Part shown: positions 58,030 through 64,000 of the stretch, piece after piece
Layout of the letters: each line of letters starts with the position of its first letter
Numbering within the stretch: the first letter of the stretch is position 1
Source of the DNA: Polyangiaceae bacterium
GTDB taxonomy: Bacteria; Myxococcota_A; Polyangia; Polyangiales; Polyangiaceae
Direction of reading: 5' to 3'
Length of the DNA: 64,000 nt
NCBI GenBank assembly: GCA_050299315.1
Contig: JBNKVS010000002.1
Location: 18,974-82,973 of the forward strand
Position numbers and translations under genes: made by a program
The notes under the pieces: model-generated
What the model was told of the DNA's origin: nothing
The model's input: only the letters and a program-made list of their open reading frames with translations
The model's database searches: none

Positions 58030-58377
58030 ATGAATCACTCGACCCCTCGCAAGTCCCTCGCCGTCAGCGCGGCGCTTCTCTTTCTCGCGGCCTGCAAGTC
58101 CTCCGACGAAGCCGCGGCCGAGAGCAAGGCGGGCGAGCCGGCAGCCGAGCCCACCAAGAGCGCGGCGGCGCAGGCCGAGCCAGCCGCTCCCCCCACCGCC
58201 CCCCCACCGCAAGACACCGTCCACTGCCTGGGAATCCACGAGTGCAAGGGCCAGTCGGCTTGCCACGTCGCCGGCGGGCACGCATGCGCGGGGCAAAACG
58301 ACTGCAAGGGCAAGGGTTGGATCGTAGTGCCGAAGCCGGAGTGCGAAGCCAAGGGAGGCACGATCCTCGACAGCTGA
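58030..58377 (+). CDS. Cys-rich secreted lipoprotein, DUF2282/BufA (bufferin precursor)-like
   Basis: Signal peptide with lipobox FLAAC, Ala/Pro/Glu linker, then VHCLGIHECKGQSACHVAGGHACAGQNDCKGKGWIVVPKPECEAKGG (6 Cys). This follows the DUF2282 pattern C.G[VI]...KGQ.dC..G...CAG......G.W..VP...C...GG. Confidence 0.55.
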   Translation: MNHSTPRKSLAVSAALLFLAACKSSDEAAAESKAGEPAAEPTKSAAAQAEPAAPPTAPPPQDTVHCLGIHECKGQSACHVAGGHACAGQNDCKGKGWIVVPKPECEAKGGTILDS

Positions 58378-58459
58378 CCGGCGAGGTGGCTCGCGGCCGC
58401 CCCGGGCGGCCCCCCCCACCTCCCAATCGCCGGACCAACCCTCACGCGACGAAACGAGC

Positions 58460-60025
58460 ATGACCTTTACGATCTACGACACCAGGCAGCGCAAGCTCGT
58501 CCCATTCCAGCCGCTCCACGACGCGAAGGTGAGCATCTACAACTGCGGACCGACCGTCTACAGCGATGCACACATCGGGAATTTTCGCGCGTTCATGCTG
58601 GCAGACCTGCTGCGCCGCTACTTCGAGTGGAAGGGGTTCGAGGTTCGGCAGGTGATGAACATCACGGACGTGGGGCACTTGACCGAAGACGACCGGGCCG
58701 ACGCCGCGGGCCAGGACAAACTGCAGCAGAAAGCCGCCGAGCTCGGCTGGGACCCGTACCGCGTGGCGCGCTACTTCGAGGAGCGCTTTCACGAAGATCG
58801 AAAGGCTCTCGCAATTCAAGATGCGCACTTCTACCCGAGGGCGACCGAGCACATCTGCGAGATGCTCGTGCAGATCCAGCAGCTGCTGGACCGAGGCCAC
58901 GCCTACCTGCCGGACAGCGGCGGGGACGTGTACTTCTCCGTCTCCAGCTTCCCCGAGTACGGCGCGCTCACGGGCAAGAGCGTCGACGAGCTGATCGCGG
59001 GAGCACGAGTGGAGGTCAACACCGACAAGCGCAACCCCGCGGACTTCGCCCTGTGGAAGGTGGACCCGGGCCACCTCATGCAGTGGGATCCGCACGATGA
59101 CGGGCTGTGGAAGAGCTACTCCGGCGCGCGACCCAAGCTCGACCCCCGCATCGGCCGAGGCTTCCCGGGGTGGCACATCGAGTGCTCGGCAATGGCGATG
59201 CGATACCTGGGCCAAACCTTCGACATCCATACCGGCGGCGAAGACAACGCCTTCCCGCATCACGAGTGCGAGATCGCGCAGGCCAAAGGCGCGGTCGGCT
59301 CGGAGTTTTCTCGCTACTGGATGCACAACCGCCACCTGATGGTCGAAGGGGGAAAAATGAGCAAGAGCGCCGGCACGCTCTACCGCCTCGCCGACATCGT
59401 GGAGAAAGGGTACACGCCGGTCGAGCTACGCTACGCCCTGCTCAGCAATCACTATCGCCAGCCGATGAACTTCACCTTCGACGGCCTCGTGGCGGCGCGC
59501 TCTTCGATTCAGCGGCTCCAGAACACGCGCAACCGTCTCGCCGAGCTGAGCGCCGAGGAGAGCTCGGACGCGCCGAACCCCCAGGCCGTGAGCCTGGCCG
59601 AACGGTTGAACGCGGACTTCGGGGCCGCGCTCGACGACGATCTGAACATCTCGAACGCGCTCGGCGCCCTCTTCGCCTTCACCGCCGAAGCGAACAAGCG
59701 ATCTTGGTCCCCCGCGAGCGCCCGGCATCTGCTCGCAGCGCTGGAGCGTGCCGACCACATCACGGCAGTGCTGCGCGACGAATCCTCCAAGACGGGTTGC
59801 GTTTCTCCCGAGGCCCTCGCGGAGACGACCGTCTCGGACGCTCGCATTCAGCAGTTGCTGGAAGCCGAGCTGACCCGCGAAAGCGTCGAGCTCCTCGTGT
59901 GCGCCCGCTACCAGGCCCGAAAGAGCAAGAACTGGTCCGTGGCCGACGCCATCCGCGACCGGCTGAAGCAGCAAGGAGTGACGATCGAGGATTTGCCCGA
60001 GGGGACTCGATTCAAGCTGCCCTGA
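58460..60025 (+). CDS. cysS: cysteine--tRNA ligase
   Basis: [13 protein letters not shown] (HIGH), WHIECS, KMSKS, C-terminal DALR-like domain. Confidence 0.95.
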   Translation: MTFTIYDTRQRKLVPFQPLHDAKVSIYNCGPTVYSDAHIGNFRAFMLADLLRRYFEWKGFEVRQVMNITDVGHLTEDDRADAAGQDKLQQKAAELGWDPYRVARYFEERFHEDRKALAIQDAHFYPRATEHICEMLVQIQQLLDRGHAYLPDSGGDVYFSVSSFPEYGALTGKSVDELIAGARVEVNTDKRNPADFALWKVDPGHLMQWDPHDDGLWKSYSGARPKLDPRIGRGFPGWHIECSAMAMRYLGQTFDIHTGGEDNAFPHHECEIAQAKGAVGSEFSRYWMHNRHLMVEGGKMSKSAGTLYRLADIVEKGYTPVELRYALLSNHYRQPMNFTFDGLVAARSSIQRLQNTRNRLAELSAEESSDAPNPQAVSLAERLNADFGAALDDDLNISNALGALFAFTAEANKRSWSPASARHLLAALERADHITAVLRDESSKTGCVSPEALAETTVSDARIQQLLEAELTRESVELLVCARYQARKSKNWSVADAIRDRLKQQGVTIEDLPEGTRFKLP

Positions 60026-60082
60026 AGACCTCCGCCAGCGGCCCGCAGCCGTCCCCGTCGACGTGAATCGCCCTCCGCCGGG

Positions 60083-61111
60083 CTAGTGGATTCCGACGAA
60101 AAATGGCCCCCGCGGAACCTCCAGGGTGCCCCGGTGACCCAGCCTGGCGCCGCCTTGCTCGACCTCGAAGATGGAGACGTTCGGCGACTCGCGGTTGCCG
60201 ACGATCAGCCATTTGCCCACCCCATCGATGTCGAAATTGCGGGGTGTCCTGCCGCGGCTCAGCTCGTGCCCGACCAGCGCGGCTCGCCCCGTTTCGCCAT
60301 CGATCGAAAAGATCGCCACGCTGCTGCGCTCGCCCTGCCGGTTGGAGGCATACAGAAAGCGCCCCGACGGGTGGACGTGGAGATCGGCAGCCGACCCCCC
60401 CTCCGCTCCGGCCATTGCGGCCGGCACGCCCTGCTCGATCGGCGAGAGCCCTGCCTCGCCGCTGGCGAGCTCGTAGCTCGAGAGGGTTCGTGTGAGCTCG
60501 CACAGCAAGTAGGCGAAGCGCCCGCTTGGGTGAAAGACCAAATGCCGAGGGCCGGCGCCCGGCAGCTCCGCTACGTGCTCGGGCTCCCCGGGGGACAGCC
60601 GCCCACGCTCCACGTCGAAGCGGTACTGGGCGACCCAACCAGCGCCGCGGGCCGGGACGAACAGCTGCCGCCCGCTGGGATCGAACACCGTGCAATGAGA
60701 CTCGGCACCCGACGCCACGCAGCACAGGGAAGCCCCGAGGCGCCCATCCGGCTCGACGGCGAAGATCTCCGTTTTGCCTTCCGCGAAAAAGCAGGTCGCG
60801 AGGTAGCGCCCGCTGGGATGCAGCGCCACGTAGACCGGGTTGCCCGCCGCGTCGACCTGGTTGAGCAATGAGAGATGGCCCGATCGCGGCTCGACCCGGT
60901 AGCTCGTGAGCCGAGCCCTCGTTTCGTCCGCGACGTACATCGTCGAGCCGTCCCGTGAGCGCACCATGTACGCCGCAACGCCGCCGGCGGCGAGCTCTTG
61001 GGTCAGCTCGAGGCGCGCGGCGGAGCGGTCGAACGCGTACACGCGTATCTTGCCCGTCTCCCCGTTCCAATCTCCGCAGCCGACATAAACGATTCGCGCC
61101 TCGCCTCGCAT
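60083..61111 (-). CDS. pgl: 7-bladed beta-propeller lactonase (6-phosphogluconolactonase YbhE/Pgl-like)
   Basis: AGPRHLVFHPSGRFAYLLCEL, ADLHVHPSGRFLYASNR, TPRNFDIDGVGKWLIVGNRESPNVSIFEV closely parallel E. coli YbhE. Start is ATG 61111 or ATG 61132. Confidence 0.8.
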   Translation of the reverse strand: MRGEARIVYVGCGDWNGETGKIRVYAFDRSAARLELTQELAAGGVAAYMVRSRDGSTMYVADETRARLTSYRVEPRSGHLSLLNQVDAAGNPVYVALHPSGRYLATCFFAEGKTEIFAVEPDGRLGASLCCVASGAESHCTVFDPSGRQLFVPARGAGWVAQYRFDVERGRLSPGEPEHVAELPGAGPRHLVFHPSGRFAYLLCELTRTLSSYELASGEAGLSPIEQGVPAAMAGAEGGSAADLHVHPSGRFLYASNRQGERSSVAIFSIDGETGRAALVGHELSRGRTPRNFDIDGVGKWLIVGNRESPNVSIFEVEQGGARLGHRGTLEVPRGPFFVGIH

Positions 61112-61387
61112 GAGTCCCTGCCTTCGTAGCACGCGCGCGAGGCCATCGGCCAGCGCCTCTGCTCGAGAGCCGCGACGAACTTCCCCCGCCCGCTCGGCAC
61201 GAACCGAAGGAGAGGCGAGAAAATTCGACTCGATGCGCCCGCGGCCGCCGCGCCCGCGGCGACGGAACGCCCGCGTGGACTCGGCCCGGCCGGTCCTAGC
61301 CCGGACGGAGGCGGTGCGTCGGCGCTCCGTGGAGCTCTTCGTCTCACGGGCCCGGAGCGGCGCCTTCGCAGCCCGAGAGTCGTGGGC

Positions 61388-62524
61388 CTAGCCCGGCGCG
61401 GAGGCGCCCGCGGCCGGCTGCCGCTCGGGCGCTCGAGCCGCCGGCTCCGCGCTCGGTCCCGTCGGCGGAGAAGCCGTGGGCACGACCTGTGAAGGCGACG
61501 CCCCGGAGGGCTCCGCGAGGGCCGGGCTCGGCACCTCCGCGGCCTGGGGCGGGGCCAAATCGCGCTCCAACTCGCGAACCAGCAGCGCCTTGAGAGCACC
61601 GACTTCCCGCTCGTCGGTCGCGGCCTGCAGCAGCAGCCCGAGGAGCGCATCGCAGTCGGCTTGGTGGATCAGGCACTGCCGCAGGCGGAGGCTCCGACCC
61701 GCCGGGCCCAACAGACGGTACATCGCGACGCTCCGCTCGCGCTGGCGGGCCCGGCGCGCGTCGAGCTGGCGGGCGCGCAGGCGCTCCAGCTCGAGTTGGT
61801 GTCGATGATCCGCTTCGGCTGCGCGCGCCTGGGCCTGCCGGAGACGCTCGACCTCCGCGGCGTCGTGCCGCTCGCGCTCGGCGCGCTGGCGCTGCTCGAT
61901 ACGACGGCGCTCCTCGTAGTGTCTTCGCAGTAGGGCCGCCTCGCGCTCTTCGCGGTAACGGACCCGCGCCCGCTGGAGCCGCTGCTCCTCGCCCCCGCAG
62001 AAAACGAGACATGCCGCCAGCTGCTGACGCGCGCCCTGCAGCTCGACGCGGCACGCCTCCGCGCCACGGCAAGCCGTGCCGGAGGGCGCGGGAGGGCCCG
62101 GGACGAACGAGACCAGCAGCGCGCCCAAGAGAGCCCCTGCCAGCAAGCCCCCGACCCAGGAGCTGCCAGGGGCCGAGCCAGCCCACGCGGCGATGCGGCG
62201 CCGGGCCTCGCCCGTCGCGGGGCCTCGAGCCTCCTTTTGGCTACCGACGGCCCGGGACGAAACGCCAGGAGCCCCGCCGACAGGCTTGGTGCGCCGCCAA
62301 CGCGGGCTTCGAAAGCTCTGTCGCGAGGCCGGATCGGCTGCGCCGAGCGCCTCGATCGTGCTGCCGTTCACGTGGGGTCTGAGCGGACGCGGCCGAGGCG
62401 CCTTGAGAGGAATCGAGGGCGTCGACGGCTTGGCGAAAACGCCACGCCGCTGACGCATCGAAGGGGGCGCGGCGCGCTGGTCCCAGGCAGCGCGGCGCTG
62501 TCGGCGCGGACTGCCCCGGGCCAA
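61388..62524 (-). CDS. hypothetical single-pass membrane protein with Arg/Glu-rich coiled coil
   Basis: TM helix WVGGLLAGALLGALLVSFV, Cys-containing juxtamembrane segment, long charged helix (RRHYEERRRIEQRQRAERERHDAAEVERLRQAQARAAEADHRHQLELERLRARQ), Pro/Ala tail. Start uncertain (62524 or 62458); the N-terminal about 100 aa are Arg-rich and may be non-coding. Confidence 0.45.
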   Translation of the reverse strand: MARGSPRRQRRAAWDQRAAPPSMRQRRGVFAKPSTPSIPLKAPRPRPLRPHVNGSTIEALGAADPASRQSFRSPRWRRTKPVGGAPGVSSRAVGSQKEARGPATGEARRRIAAWAGSAPGSSWVGGLLAGALLGALLVSFVPGPPAPSGTACRGAEACRVELQGARQQLAACLVFCGGEEQRLQRARVRYREEREAALLRRHYEERRRIEQRQRAERERHDAAEVERLRQAQARAAEADHRHQLELERLRARQLDARRARQRERSVAMYRLLGPAGRSLRLRQCLIHQADCDALLGLLLQAATDEREVGALKALLVRELERDLAPPQAAEVPSPALAEPSGASPSQVVPTASPPTGPSAEPAARAPERQPAAGASAPG

Positions 62525-62587
62525 GGCGCAGCGCTCCGCCCACGGCGATGCGGCCCGCGAGAGGCGGGCCCCGCCGGGGCAGACCGC

Positions 62588-62893
62588 CTAGAAGCCGAGC
62601 TCTTTCTTGCGCTCTTCCGCGGTGGGCAGAGGATCCTGCGTGTCGTTGATGACGGGAAGCGACGCCGCCTTTTCGGCGTTCGTCTTGATCCAGCCTTCGA
62701 GCTCTTCGGGCAGCTGGGTCTCGTCGTAAATCGCCTCGACCGGACACTCTGGCACGCAGGCCCCGCAGTCGATGCACTCTTCAGGGTCGATGTACAGCAT
62801 TTCCTCGTCAGCGTGAAAACAGTCTACTGGGCAGACGGCGACGCAATCGGTGAAGCGGCATTTGCGACAATTCTCGGTGACGACGAAAGTCAT
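62588..62893 (-). CDS. fdxA: 7Fe ferredoxin ([3Fe-4S][4Fe-4S], FdxA type)
   Basis: MTFVVTENCRKCRFTDCVAVCPVDCF..CIDCGACVPECPVEAI. Confidence 0.9.
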   Translation of the reverse strand: MTFVVTENCRKCRFTDCVAVCPVDCFHADEEMLYIDPEECIDCGACVPECPVEAIYDETQLPEELEGWIKTNAEKAASLPVINDTQDPLPTAEERKKELGF

Positions 62894-63096
62894 GGTTCCC
62901 CTGCTGGTTCCTGGGTGAACGTTGTGGTTTGGCTGCTCCCTATTTGCACGAATATCCTGCCTCGTGAACCGGCTATCGCTCCCGAGGCGAAACAATCGCG
63001 CACTACCGCCGAAGCGTTCGGGGCGGAATCCGGCAGGCCGACGGGGCCTGAAGACCGACCGTGCGGCCCGACCCCCGCGACCTGACCGCGAGCTAT

Positions 63097-63465
63097 TTAC
63101 CGAACGGGATCCTTCGGGAGCGTGGGCGGGGGGTCGAGCTCGGAGACCGGCACCCCGGCCAACGTCACGGGGGCGCGGGCGTTCGGCTTGAGGACGACCT
63201 CCAACATGTCATCGCCCACCACCACTTTGTCCCCCCGCTGCAGCACCGTGGGGCGAACGATACGCACCCCGTTGACCCAGGTGCCGTTGCGGCTGTGCAG
63301 ATCTTCGATCTCCAGCCCGCAGTGAATGCGCCGAACCACCGCGTGTTCTCGCGAGACGCGCTCCGAGGAGAGCACGATCAGGCATTCTTGGCTCCGCCCC
63401 ACCAGGCAATCTCCCTGGCGCACGGGAAAGTACGCCCCCTTGTGCTTGAGCCAATAGATGATCAC
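63097..63465 (-). CDS. small FHA domain protein
   Basis: GTG 63465 preceded by GGAGGGCGC. FHA core LVGRSQECLIVLSSERVSREHAVV..IEDLHSRNGTWVNG..LQRGDKVVVG. Confidence 0.8.
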   Translation of the reverse strand: MIIYWLKHKGAYFPVRQGDCLVGRSQECLIVLSSERVSREHAVVRRIHCGLEIEDLHSRNGTWVNGVRIVRPTVLQRGDKVVVGDDMLEVVLKPNARAPVTLAGVPVSELDPPPTLPKDPVR

Positions 63466-64000
63466 GCGCCCTCCGACGGGGTTTCGGCGTGGGGAGCTCC
63501 CTCGCCGGCCGAACTCTGCAAGCTCATGACTCGAAGCCTCCCAGAGGCAACCTTTCTCCCTCGTCCGTCTACGATGTTGCATTCCCAAAGCTGCGCTCGC
63601 CGCCCGGTGTGCACCGGCGTAGCCGTGGCCGTGAGCTCCCCTTCGCGGACTGGCCTGAGAAAGCTGGTATGGTTCTCGACTCCGACGACGACCGTACCGG
63701 GCGGAGCCGCGAGCTGAGCGCCAATCGAGCAAGCCGTTTCGATGGCACTGCAGTGCACGCCCCCGTGCACGATGCCGAACGGCTGCCGGTGTCGATCCGT
63801 GACACGCCACTGCAACACGACCATTTCGCGCCCGGCTCGAACCAGGCGAAAGCCCGCCTGCCGGTCCCAACCGGAAGGCTCCAGCGCCGCGGAGAGCCCG
63901 TCGCCGGGCGGCTCGGGGGCTCCGACCGCCTCCGCGTCGAGCGGTGTCGGAGCACTGCTACCCTGCGAGGGCCCCGGCGCGCTCGGGCCTCGCAGCCTTT
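63462..64000 (-). CDS. PaaI/hotdog-fold thioesterase, 5' end not in window (or N-terminally extended)
   Basis: GFRLVRAGREMVVLQWRVTDRHRQPFGIVHGGVHCSAIETACS..TATPVHTGRRAQLWECNI is the PaaI pattern. The frame stays open without ATG/GTG/TTG from 63825 to the window edge through a Pro/Ala/Ser/Gly-rich stretch, so the ATG at 63824 of the track ORF is internal. Confidence 0.7.
   Translation of the reverse strand, partial: RLRGPSAPGPSQGSSAPTPLDAEAVGAPEPPGDGLSAALEPSGWDRQAGFRLVRAGREMVVLQWRVTDRHRQPFGIVHGGVHCSAIETACSIGAQLAAPPGTVVVGVENHTSFLRPVREGELTATATPVHTGRRAQLWECNIVDGRGRKVASGRLRVMSLQSSAGEGAPHAETPSEGA

Overview
Very GC-rich bacterial chromosomal segment (about 70% G+C by eye). By inference from gene content it is Myxococcota/Polyangia-like: many FHA, GGDEF and PilZ genes, a bactofilin, lipobox lipoproteins, an AgmX/PglI-type tail domain and a GH6 cellulase. 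I support about 50 protein-coding genes. I found no rRNA, tRNA, CRISPR array, transposase or integrase. Most long ORFs in the six-frame track are Arg/Ala/Pro-rich shadow frames produced by the high G+C content and were discarded. Main blocks, in order: (1) a YbiT-like ABC-F ATPase followed by a 1.4-kb gene-free divergent region. (2) Small signalling genes (FHA, PilZ) and a patatin lipase. (3) A 12-gene co-directional minus-strand array, 8636-21382. It encodes a form-I Mo-Cu CO dehydrogenase (coxMSL, with the CoxL VAYRCSFR loop). It also encodes coxD/E/G, two XdhC-type chaperones (one fused to MocA), a MoeA-like protein and a trailing sufS-sufU pair. (4) lhr, a GH6 cellulase lipoprotein, sfsA, mutS2 and gap. 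(5) A translationally coupled operon: proline-rich disordered protein, pentapeptide-repeat protein, bactofilin. (6) FHA-GGDEF, an SseB-like protein, an orphan beta-ketoacyl synthase with a large insertion, and a vWA-lipoprotein/DUF455/ATP-grasp-like operon. (7) A sugar-acid locus (UxaA-type dehydratase, lactonase, SDR) with an embedded HATPase/STAS partner-switch pair. (8) purU, REC-REC-GGDEF, an orphan FliD-like cap protein, an esterase lipoprotein, an orphan bufferin-like (DUF2282-type) Cys-rich lipoprotein, cysS, pgl-like lactonase, fdxA, an FHA protein and a 5'-open PaaI thioesterase. The best candidates for undescribed biology are the bactofilin/pentapeptide/IDP operon, the orphan FliD in an apparently non-flagellar context, the orphan bufferin-like precursor, and sufSU attached to the CODH maturation cluster. 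All functional calls rest on motif recognition by eye. No database search was run.
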